Positions 18,775 through 27,025 of a DNA stretch of 64,000 nt are shown piece after piece. Origin of the DNA: a plasmid; sequence record NZ_CP096760.1, one strand, 5' to 3'. Every line of letters begins with the position of its first letter. Position 1 is the first letter of the stretch. Position numbers and translations under genes: made by a program. The notes under the pieces are model-generated. The model ran no database searches. It saw only the letters and a list, made by a program, of their open reading frames with translations, and was not told where the DNA came from.

Positions 18775-19455
18775 ATGAAATCAAACGAAAACGAAAGAAT
18801 AGATTTTATTGAAGCAAAGGCTTTTGGTTGTTTTGGTTCAATCTCATGTTTTTCGCGTGATAGCGAATATTGCCAACGATGCCCGGCATTTGAGGCTTGT
18901 GAGCAGAAATCATATGAAACGCTTAACGCGATCAAGCAGGTTGTTAATGTAAACGATTTACTCAAACAGCATGAAAAAGCTCGGATGGCGCAAGAAGCTA
19001 AACGCAGAGCCTTACGTGAAGAAATGAATGCAGCCAAAAGTCTTTCTTCGGGTGGGATCCAACCAAAGAAACCGACTCTCGTTGAACGAGCAACCAAGGT
19101 AGAGAAAGTCTTTTTTGAGCCTACACCGGAACAGCAGGAATTAATCGTGAAGCTGCCTGTAAAAGCTCAATCGTTTGCATTGACCTTAGTTAAGAGCGGT
19201 TTAGTGACCGAGATTAAGGATGGATTGGCCAAAAACGAAAATGCCATGAAAGGAAAAACTCCAGTTTGGCTCAGTCTTGCCGTCGAAAAGCTTCTTTTGG
19301 GTGGATATACGCGCAGTGAACTAAAAAAAGCGTTTATGGAAGAACTCAACTGGAAAGAAAACACTGCACAAAGCCATGTGTCGTTAGCTTTTGTTCTTTT
19401 GACCTGTTTTGGGATTGCGAAAGAAGAGTCTTCCAAATTGTTAATTTCCAAATGA
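18775..19455 (+). CDS. hypothetical Cys-rich protein
   Basis: N-terminal CFGSISCF...CQRCPAFEAC. Confidence 0.5.
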   Translation: MKSNENERIDFIEAKAFGCFGSISCFSRDSEYCQRCPAFEACEQKSYETLNAIKQVVNVNDLLKQHEKARMAQEAKRRALREEMNAAKSLSSGGIQPKKPTLVERATKVEKVFFEPTPEQQELIVKLPVKAQSFALTLVKSGLVTEIKDGLAKNENAMKGKTPVWLSLAVEKLLLGGYTRSELKKAFMEELNWKENTAQSHVSLAFVLLTCFGIAKEESSKLLISK

Positions 19456-19500
19456 TTTTTAATTTAATAGCTGTAAGAGATTAGTTGTATAGGATTCTCT

Positions 19501-21858
19501 ATGTTAAACCACGCAATGTCAGTGCAATCTGACTTTTCGATAGGAAAATCATTATTAACGGTAGACAAAATTGTCGAAGCTGCAAAAGGCTTAGGCTATT
19601 CATCGGTCGCAATCGTTGATGACATGTCCTTACATGCATTGGTAGATTTTTCGAACAAAGCCACCAAAGCCAATATCAAGCCGGTGTTTGGTTGTCGTTT
19701 GCGTGTATATGACGATTCTAAATATCGTAAGCCCCCTGCCTCATCTGGTATTGCTGAAAAACGCAACTTGATGTTCTGCCCTAAAGTCTACGTAAAAAGC
19801 GAAAAAGGCATTAAAGGCTTATTCAAACTTCTTACAGACGCAAACTCTAAAGAGCAATATTACTACCACAGCCGTACTGATCTGGATGCTCTATGCAAAT
19901 TGGAAGATGTGGTCGTAACGACTGGTGATATGTACGGTCTGTTTAGTCACCCTGATCACGAAAGAATCTTAAAAGTATTAAAAGCGAGATTTGGTGATGA
20001 TTTATATATTGAATTTAGTCCGATCAATACGCCATTGTTCGACCGCTTAAACTACTTAGGCTATTTGGCGTATGAACGCGAAAAAATTAAAACCGTTGTC
20101 ACTTATCCTTTTAACTATCTTGAGAATGAAGATGCGGACACTTTGGATGTATTGAGCGCTATCGCAACCAATACCCAACTTGATTTGCACTATCGTCCTA
20201 TTCAATACGTAAAAGATTTTGGTTTTAAAGAGCCAAAATTCATTTTAGACCATACAAAAGCTGCTATTCAGCGTATGGCTAAATATGAGCGCGTCAATTC
20301 AGCGGAAGCTTGGAAAGAAGGTCTAAAGAATATTTCTGAGCTGGTGGACAAATGCCAATATATTTTTGAGAAGCAGCCAGTTTCCCTACCTAAGCTAAGC
20401 ACTGACGAATTTAAAACACTATGCGCGAAATGCTTGGAAGGCTGGAAGAAACGCTTTTCTAAAGAGATTCTTGGATATAAGCCAACGAAAGCTGAATTAG
20501 ATACAGTATATAAATCTCGCTTAGGCTATGAGCTTTCAATATTAAAAAAGATGGGCTTTGAGTCCTACTTCCTGCTCGTTGAAGACTTGGTGATGTGGTC
20601 TAAAAACAACGGCGTGATTGTAGGCCCTGGGCGAGGTTCTGTTGGAGGTTCATTAGTCGCTTATCTGCTTGGGATCACGGACGTTGATCCTATACGTTTT
20701 GGATTGATCTTCGAACGTTTCATCAATCCTGAACGTCTTGACTTGCCTGATGCCGATCTGGACTTCGCTTCAAGCGGTCGCTACAAGGTGATTGATTACC
20801 TTGTTGAAAAATATGGTGAAGATTATGTCGCTGGTATCTCGAACTATTCAACACTAGCTTCAGCCTCAGCCCTACGTGATACAGGTCGTATCAGCGGTTT
20901 GAACAACATGCAATTAAGTGCGACCAAGCTTGTGCTTAAAGAACATGGAACGTCACTTGACCTGAATACTTCTGCGGACGCTGTGCCTGAGCTAGACAAG
21001 TTCCGCAATGAACATCCTGTTATCTGGAAGCATGCAACTAAGCTTGCAGGCACAATGAAATCGTTTGGCCAACATGCGGCAGGTATTGTTGTTGCAGGCG
21101 AACCTATCGTTAATCGAGCCGTGCTCGAGACTAGAGGAAAGTCACCAGTCGTCAATTGGGACAAGCGTGTAGTTGAGGATTGGGGCTTGATCAAGATGGA
21201 CTTGCTCGGTCTTGCCACCTTAGATGTATTAAACATTGCATGTGACTATGTAAAAGAGCGACATGGTATTGAATTGGATCTATTAAAGATTCCACTTGAT
21301 GATGAAAAAACCATGCAAGCTTTGGGTCGCGGTGAAACTGTAGGTGTGTTTCAGCTAGAAAGTAGCGGCATGCAACAACTATTGAAGAATATCTCAAACG
21401 GTGGCGCTGTAACCTTTGATGACATTTGTGCTGTTACCGCTTTGTATAGACCGGGCCCTATGGATTCAGGCATGTTGGATGACTATGTGGACTTACGAAA
21501 AGGATTAAAAGAAGTCACCTACGCACATGAAGTCCTTGAACCTGTTCTGTCTGACACTTATGGCGTTGTTGTGTATCAAGAGCAAACGATGGCGCTTGCT
21601 CGTAAGTTGGCAGGGTTCTCAATGGCTGAATCAGATCACCTCAGAAAAGCGATTGGTAAAAAAGACCTTAAGAAAATGGCTGAATTGAAACCGAAGTTTA
21701 TTGATGGTGCTAAAGCGGGGTTTGTAGAGGTTGAACTTGAAGATGGCACAAAGTTAAAAGTGCATCGAATGGAGAAGTTCAAATGCACTGATGGCGTGAT
21801 GAGAACGGTAGAAGAAGCATTCGCTGAAAGCGCTGAAATTCAATACTTTTATTCATAA
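19501..21858 (+). CDS. dnaE: DNA polymerase III alpha (DnaE-type), N-terminal part (PHP plus polymerase core)
   Basis: PHP N-terminus; GLIKMDLLGLATLDV and LRKAIGKK motifs. Homology ends near ...FIDGAKAG, then about 45 non-homologous codons before the stop. Confidence 0.85.
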   Translation: MLNHAMSVQSDFSIGKSLLTVDKIVEAAKGLGYSSVAIVDDMSLHALVDFSNKATKANIKPVFGCRLRVYDDSKYRKPPASSGIAEKRNLMFCPKVYVKSEKGIKGLFKLLTDANSKEQYYYHSRTDLDALCKLEDVVVTTGDMYGLFSHPDHERILKVLKARFGDDLYIEFSPINTPLFDRLNYLGYLAYEREKIKTVVTYPFNYLENEDADTLDVLSAIATNTQLDLHYRPIQYVKDFGFKEPKFILDHTKAAIQRMAKYERVNSAEAWKEGLKNISELVDKCQYIFEKQPVSLPKLSTDEFKTLCAKCLEGWKKRFSKEILGYKPTKAELDTVYKSRLGYELSILKKMGFESYFLLVEDLVMWSKNNGVIVGPGRGSVGGSLVAYLLGITDVDPIRFGLIFERFINPERLDLPDADLDFASSGRYKVIDYLVEKYGEDYVAGISNYSTLASASALRDTGRISGLNNMQLSATKLVLKEHGTSLDLNTSADAVPELDKFRNEHPVIWKHATKLAGTMKSFGQHAAGIVVAGEPIVNRAVLETRGKSPVVNWDKRVVEDWGLIKMDLLGLATLDVLNIACDYVKERHGIELDLLKIPLDDEKTMQALGRGETVGVFQLESSGMQQLLKNISNGGAVTFDDICAVTALYRPGPMDSGMLDDYVDLRKGLKEVTYAHEVLEPVLSDTYGVVVYQEQTMALARKLAGFSMAESDHLRKAIGKKDLKKMAELKPKFIDGAKAGFVEVELEDGTKLKVHRMEKFKCTDGVMRTVEEAFAESAEIQYFYS

Positions 21859-21906
21859 AATCAATCACTTATATTAATCAAATTGAATTAAAAACAGGTT
21901 GTTTAA

Positions 21907-22482
21907 ATGGAAAACTGGAAAGCAATTAAGAACTACGAAGGCTTGTATGAAGTTTCAGACTTAGGGCGTGTGCGGTCGCTTGACCGCATGGTCGCTGTTC
22001 CTCATGGTGGTCAACGTCTAGCAAAAGGGCAAGTGTTAAAACCTAAACAACATCGTGATGGCTACCTGTGTGTATTTTTAAGTAAGAAACAGAAGCAAAT
22101 TTGTCCAATGATTCACAAGTTGGTGCTTGAAGCATTTGTCGGAGAAAGACCAAGTGGAATGCAAGCGTGTCACGGTAATGGAGATAAGACAGACAACAGA
22201 TTGGTTAATTTACGATGGGATACCGTTAAGGCAAATCATAGAGACAAGAAAAAACATGGAACTACAGCTCGCGGAACCAAAGTAAACACAAACAAACTTA
22301 AACATGAGCAGGTAGTGGCAATTCGCGAGAAGCGGAACAATGGTGTGACATTACAAGCGCTCGCGGAAGAATATGGCATTTCTAACAATGCCGTCAGTCA
22401 CATTGTTTTGGGTAAGAACTGGCAATGGGTTGGTGGACCAATCCAAGAAAGAATTTTCAAAGATCGAGGCGCTAACCAATGA
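21907..22482 (+). CDS. HNH homing endonuclease (NUMOD4 plus HNH_3 plus C-terminal HTH), I-HmuI-like
   Basis: WKAIKNYEGLYEVSDLGRVRSL; HKLVLEAFVG...CHGNGDKTDNRLVNLRW. The gene sits between the two dnaE parts. Confidence 0.8.
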   Translation: MENWKAIKNYEGLYEVSDLGRVRSLDRMVAVPHGGQRLAKGQVLKPKQHRDGYLCVFLSKKQKQICPMIHKLVLEAFVGERPSGMQACHGNGDKTDNRLVNLRWDTVKANHRDKKKHGTTARGTKVNTNKLKHEQVVAIREKRNNGVTLQALAEEYGISNNAVSHIVLGKNWQWVGGPIQERIFKDRGANQ

Positions 22483-23744
22483 AAATTAAATCATTAAATA
22501 TTTTGAATGATGGTTTAGAAGAATCAGTTGCCGAGCGTATTTGGGAACAAACAGAAGCAAACGCCAACTACCAATTTAACAAGTCGCATTCTGTGGAGTA
22601 TTCAATCATTTCGGTTTGGTGCGCATATATTCGCGTTCATTACCCTGCTGAATACTTTGCCGCAAGTCTTAGCGTGGTTGATACAGAAGATAAGCTCACT
22701 GGACTTGTGAAAGATGCGCGTGAATGCGGCATTGAGATTCTTCCTCCTGATATTAATTATTCAGCCGATCGTTATAAGATTAAATCCAATACTGAAATCT
22801 TGGCGCCTTTCAATGCAGTCAAAGGTATTTCAGAAACGATTGCCAAAGCGATTGTGAAATTGAGAGAGAAGAATCGGGCTTGGAAAGTCGTTCGCTACAA
22901 GAAGTCGAGAAAGACAGGTGAAACCACACCGGTCTATGGTCCTGATGGTTCAGTTCCACCAAAAAAACGTTTTGATAGCTTTGACGAGTTCGAGAAAGCA
23001 GCATCTCAACCAAACTCGAAAGTGAATAAAACAATCGTTGAAAATCTCAGAGCAATTGGGGCGTTTGCAAGCATTGAACCTAGTGAGCCTTCAGCGAAAG
23101 ACCTCTCACGACGAAAGGACCAAATGAGGCTATTACCAGGATTAATTATTGATTCTGTAAAAGCAGATAGATACACAGATACCTCAGAGCCATTCCTGCG
23201 AGCTTCGTTGGTCGAGCATATGCGCGATTGCAAGCAATGTAACGGTTGCGACCTTGCTGGACAGGTTCATCCTGATATTCGTTTGGGTAAAAAGATACGA
23301 TTTATGGTTGTTTCGGACTGTCCAACTTGGGAGGAAGAAAAGAAAGGAAAACTACTCGAAGGCGAATCTGCTCAATATGTCAAAGCTGCAATTAAAGAAA
23401 ATGAATTAGCTGTTGCGGACGGTTATTACACAACGCTCGTCAAAGCCAAAAAACAAGACAAGTTCTTAACGACAGGTCAAATCAATGGATGTAGTCCTCA
23501 TTTGGCCAAAGAAATCGAGCTTCTTAAACCGCCAGTCATTGTTGCCCTTGGAAGTCAGTCAATTCGCTACTTATTACCTGACGTTAAGGTATCCCCTAGC
23601 GATCTCGTAGGCATGACTTTCTACAACCCTAAATTAGACGCAACCATTGTTTGCGGACTTAACCCACAGCAATGCCATTTTGACCCTACAAAGCTGGAAG
23701 GACTTGTAAAAGCATTCAAGGAGGTTGCTGACATTATTTCTTAA
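22479..23744 (+). CDS. dnaE: DnaE-type polymerase, C-terminal part, fused to a UDG-like domain
   Basis: YQFNKSHSVEYSIISVWCAYIRVHYPAEYF matches the E. coli DnaE segment [28 protein letters not shown]. The start overlaps the HNH stop (ATGA). Confidence 0.8.
   Translation: MKIKSLNILNDGLEESVAERIWEQTEANANYQFNKSHSVEYSIISVWCAYIRVHYPAEYFAASLSVVDTEDKLTGLVKDARECGIEILPPDINYSADRYKIKSNTEILAPFNAVKGISETIAKAIVKLREKNRAWKVVRYKKSRKTGETTPVYGPDGSVPPKKRFDSFDEFEKAASQPNSKVNKTIVENLRAIGAFASIEPSEPSAKDLSRRKDQMRLLPGLIIDSVKADRYTDTSEPFLRASLVEHMRDCKQCNGCDLAGQVHPDIRLGKKIRFMVVSDCPTWEEEKKGKLLEGESAQYVKAAIKENELAVADGYYTTLVKAKKQDKFLTTGQINGCSPHLAKEIELLKPPVIVALGSQSIRYLLPDVKVSPSDLVGMTFYNPKLDATIVCGLNPQQCHFDPTKLEGLVKAFKEVADIIS
23196..23744 (+). 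other. Degenerate family-4 UDG-like domain at the polymerase C-terminus
   Basis: CKQCNGCDL (Fe-S-like Cys motif); MVVSDCPTWEEE sits where UDG4 has GEAPGxxE; HFDPTKL near the end. Confidence 0.45.
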
Positions 23745-23833
23745 TTTCTTAATCAGTTGGATGTTTATGCTCTGCGTTTACATCCAAATGCAACTTATTA
23801 CGCTAAATAAACTTTTTAAGAGAGTAATTAAAC

Positions 23834-24922
23834 ATGTCAAAAATTGAAACTGTTGATAACTTCGACGACGAAACGCTAAACGAGTTGTTTGCAGAACTGG
23901 ACGAACAAAACCTTTTGATTGAAGAGGAAGAGCAAAAGAAAAAGGCTAAGACTGAAACTGTAAGCGCGGACGATATTCAATTGGATGAAGAGCTGCTGGA
24001 AGACGAAGAATTGCTTGCCGCTGAACTTGAAGCATCCATTGAGGGAGCCGCGCAGGTAACACCCGAAGAGATTCAGGAGCAGATCAATCAACAGCAGCGA
24101 GAGGCACAGCTTGATGCAGAACAGGAACTAGATCTGCAAGAAGCGTTTGAGCCTAAAGTGCCAGAAGCCACACCGCACGAAATCGTTAATGATTCAGTAT
24201 CAGTTGAGGACATGCTGAAGGAAGTGGAAGCAGAGCAAACCCCAATGCCACAACCGGAAGAACGCCCTATCCTCCCGCCGGTCGAAGAATCGGTGGACAC
24301 AGTATGCGAAGAGCTGCCAAATGATGTGGAACTTCAATCGAAGGACATTCCGAACTTTGAGCCTAAACAGTCTGATAAACAGGTTAAATCTGAAAAAGAA
24401 ATTGAGCGCTTCGTCTCATTGAAATATGCCCCTGATGTAGAAGCATTCAACAGGGACATTCAATTTACAGACGCCACGCTTGATGTAGCAATGAGAACTC
24501 AAGCATCGCTTGCGGCGTATCAGAATGAGCGTGCAGCGCGTGCTGTAGCGCAGGCAGCAAAGGTCAAGTTGAAGTTTGAAAGTCTTGAAGCCCTGCTCTA
24601 TGAGGCTTATCGCAAACACTTCTTGGCTAACGGTGAGAAGGTCACCGAAAAGGCGGTAGAAAACGCCGTCCGTAAAGATTCCCGCTGGATTAAAGCCAAG
24701 GAGCTGTATATCGAAGCGGAAATGTATGCCGATATTCATAAAGGATTCGTCTATGCGTTACGCGACCGTAACGACATGCTGATTCAACGGGGTGCCTATA
24801 GCCGTCAGGAACGTCAGGGCCAGCTCCGCATGAATGAATATCAGGAACAGCATATCCAGACCTTTAGCCAAGGTAGAGAAGCCGCTCAACATGCCATGAA
24901 AAAAAATCGAAATCTTTCTTAA
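23834..24922 (+). CDS. hypothetical protein with highly acidic N-terminal half
   Basis: 362-aa ORF. Confidence 0.5.
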   Translation: MSKIETVDNFDDETLNELFAELDEQNLLIEEEEQKKKAKTETVSADDIQLDEELLEDEELLAAELEASIEGAAQVTPEEIQEQINQQQREAQLDAEQELDLQEAFEPKVPEATPHEIVNDSVSVEDMLKEVEAEQTPMPQPEERPILPPVEESVDTVCEELPNDVELQSKDIPNFEPKQSDKQVKSEKEIERFVSLKYAPDVEAFNRDIQFTDATLDVAMRTQASLAAYQNERAARAVAQAAKVKLKFESLEALLYEAYRKHFLANGEKVTEKAVENAVRKDSRWIKAKELYIEAEMYADIHKGFVYALRDRNDMLIQRGAYSRQERQGQLRMNEYQEQHIQTFSQGREAAQHAMKKNRNLS

Positions 24923-24929
24923 TTCCTGA

Positions 24930-24954
24930 AATTATTAGTAAGCGCTTACTATAA
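24930..24954 (+). promoter_or_regulatory. Palindromic promoter-like element (consensus copy)
   Basis: ATTATTAGTAAGCGCTTACTATAAT. Confidence 0.5.
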
Positions 24955-24958
24955 TGAA

Positions 24959-25006
24959 ATGCACTCAAAATTTTTCTAGTTCTAAGTAATTAGGCATTTT
25001 GAGTGC
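24959..25006 (+). promoter_or_regulatory. 12-bp perfect stem-loop in the SSB gene leader
   Basis: TGCACTCAAAAT, 24-nt loop, ATTTTGAGTGCA, immediately after the -10 box. Confidence 0.45.
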
Positions 25007-25064
25007 AAAGCATGAACTTCTAGCAATTGAGCATTTAAACCTTTTGACAGTAGGACATTAAGCA

Positions 25065-25925
25065 ATGAACGTAGCAAAACTTTTAGCAAACGCAAAGAAG
25101 AACAAAGACGCCCTCAAAAGCCGTGAATCTACCATCAAACCAAAGCCGGGTAAAAACAATTACGTTTTACTGGGAGACTGGAACCAAGAACGTAACGAAG
25201 AGTTCTACAAACCCTTCTCACAGCACTTCATTAAGGATTATTCAAAAGTCACGGACGGAAAGCCAGAAACGACCGTTCATGTATGTATGTCTAAAACTTT
25301 TGATGAAGACTGTCCTATCTGCGATGCCATTGCAGAAGCAGGTCGTTTAATTGGTGCCAATGCAACTGACGAACAGATCAAAACATTGGAAGACGCGAAA
25401 GCATCAACTGTGTATTTGCTCAATGTTCTTGAAGTTGATGATTCAGGCAAGCATGACGGTCAGCCTAAAGCTCTTCAAGTCGGCAAATTAACACTTAGCT
25501 CAATTCTGGACATGATGGACGATTGGGGTGAAGCAATTTTTGTGGATCATCAAGTTGTTACCATCAACCGTGAAGGTACAGGTCTTAATACGAAATACAA
25601 CGTATTACCGGGTTCCAAAAAGGTTCACGTTGATCCAGAAGTTTTCAAACGTATGATTGACCTTGACGATTATGTCAAACAAGCAAACGAAGAGAGAAAA
25701 CGCCTTGCGTTGGGTGCAATTAGACGCGCTGCTGGACTTTATGCCCCTGCAGAGCCGACACACGTCCCTGCTGAACGAACCATTGGCACATCATCAGCCT
25801 TGGCTAGTGATGTGACAGATGTTTCATACAAAGATGTCACCACCTCATCTTTGGATGTAACTGAAATTGATTTGGGTGATGAATTGGAAGCGCTCTTAGA
25901 TGATGCGCACCAAGAAGCAAGCTAA
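25065..25925 (+). CDS. gp32-like zinc-binding ssDNA-binding protein
   Basis: H...C...CPICDA zinc motif, as in T4 gp32; acidic C-terminal tail. Confidence 0.7.
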   Translation: MNVAKLLANAKKNKDALKSRESTIKPKPGKNNYVLLGDWNQERNEEFYKPFSQHFIKDYSKVTDGKPETTVHVCMSKTFDEDCPICDAIAEAGRLIGANATDEQIKTLEDAKASTVYLLNVLEVDDSGKHDGQPKALQVGKLTLSSILDMMDDWGEAIFVDHQVVTINREGTGLNTKYNVLPGSKKVHVDPEVFKRMIDLDDYVKQANEERKRLALGAIRRAAGLYAPAEPTHVPAERTIGTSSALASDVTDVSYKDVTTSSLDVTEIDLGDELEALLDDAHQEAS

Positions 25926-25939
25926 TCCTAATCAATGAC

Positions 25940-27025
25940 TTGAAAGAAAGCCGCTATAGCTGCGGCTTTCTTTTTGGGGAGATTAACGTGGAAAATCTAA
26001 TTATTCTCGTTGACGCCAATTCAATCGGTTACGCAGCGCAGCACGCTATCAAGCTCTATTCAGGCTCAATGCAGACTCAGGCGGTGTTTAGCTTTATCAA
26101 GACAATGCGCGAGTTAAGACAACGCTATCCGCATGCAGGCATGGTTGTTTTATGGGACGGTCGTGCTGAATGGCGTTTTGAGCGTGAACCTTCATACAAG
26201 AGCAATCGCAAATCTGATCCAAGAATGCAACAAGAGCATGACGCTTACAAAGCGCAGTGCCCTTTTATTAAACGTGCTTTAAAAGCGTTGGGCATTAAGC
26301 AAATGACTAGCGCGATACATGAAGCAGATGATCTTGCTGGCATTCTTGTACAACGTTTCGCAAGCGATCCCAACAATCGTATTTTATTGATTACCGGTGA
26401 CCGTGACTGGTTACAGCTAGTTAAGCCAAACGTTTCGTGGCGTGACCCTCGTGATGAAAGCCGTTTCATTCATTGGGCTAATTTTTATGAGAAAACAGGC
26501 TTCAAATCACCTGTGGCATTTCTTCAAGGCAAAGCATTACAAGGCGATTCTTCGGACTGCATCAGCGGTGTTGGGGGAATTGGTGAAGCGACCGCAATCA
26601 AGATTCTTGCTGAATACGGTTCAGTAAATGAGTTCTGGAAACTATGCGACGCTGGATTAAAGCCACCTTCAAAAGCTTTGCGATCACTTTATGCAGGCAA
26701 TTCCCCATACACAAAAGAGGAATGGGAAAGCCAATTCATCTATGTGGAAGACAGCTCACTAACGGATGAGCAAAACGAAAAGGCGCGAAATAAAGCGCTG
26801 AAAGCACACATGGATGCATATGTAGGTCAAGGGCGCAGACTGTTCTTGAGAAACCTAGAACTTATGCAATTGCTACGTCCTGCCCCTCTTCAAAAAGAAC
26901 ACCTCGAAATCATCCAAGGCGAAATCAATCCGGATGACTTTACCGAGTTATGCGGCGAGTTAGCTTTTGGCTCGATTCTCAAAAACGTACCGAATTTCAT
27001 GAAACCTTTTTATAACGGACAATGA
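25940..27025 (+). CDS. 5'-3' exonuclease / flap endonuclease (phage RNase H-like)
   Basis: LIILVDANSIGY, ITGDRDWLQLV and the helix-hairpin-helix region. The true start may be downstream of 25940. Confidence 0.8.
   Translation: MKESRYSCGFLFGEINVENLIILVDANSIGYAAQHAIKLYSGSMQTQAVFSFIKTMRELRQRYPHAGMVVLWDGRAEWRFEREPSYKSNRKSDPRMQQEHDAYKAQCPFIKRALKALGIKQMTSAIHEADDLAGILVQRFASDPNNRILLITGDRDWLQLVKPNVSWRDPRDESRFIHWANFYEKTGFKSPVAFLQGKALQGDSSDCISGVGGIGEATAIKILAEYGSVNEFWKLCDAGLKPPSKALRSLYAGNSPYTKEEWESQFIYVEDSSLTDEQNEKARNKALKAHMDAYVGQGRRLFLRNLELMQLLRPAPLQKEHLEIIQGEINPDDFTELCGELAFGSILKNVPNFMKPFYNGQ

Noticed and set aside
19501-23744. Explaining the two dnaE ORFs as a sequencing frameshift
   Set aside because: A complete 576-bp HNH gene and about 45 non-homologous codons lie between the homologous parts, so a single indel cannot restore one reading frame.
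24088-24300. Minus-strand Cys/Ser-rich 70-aa ORF
   Set aside because: It is antisense to the acidic repeat region of the 23834..24922 gene, and the same low-complexity artefact explains it.
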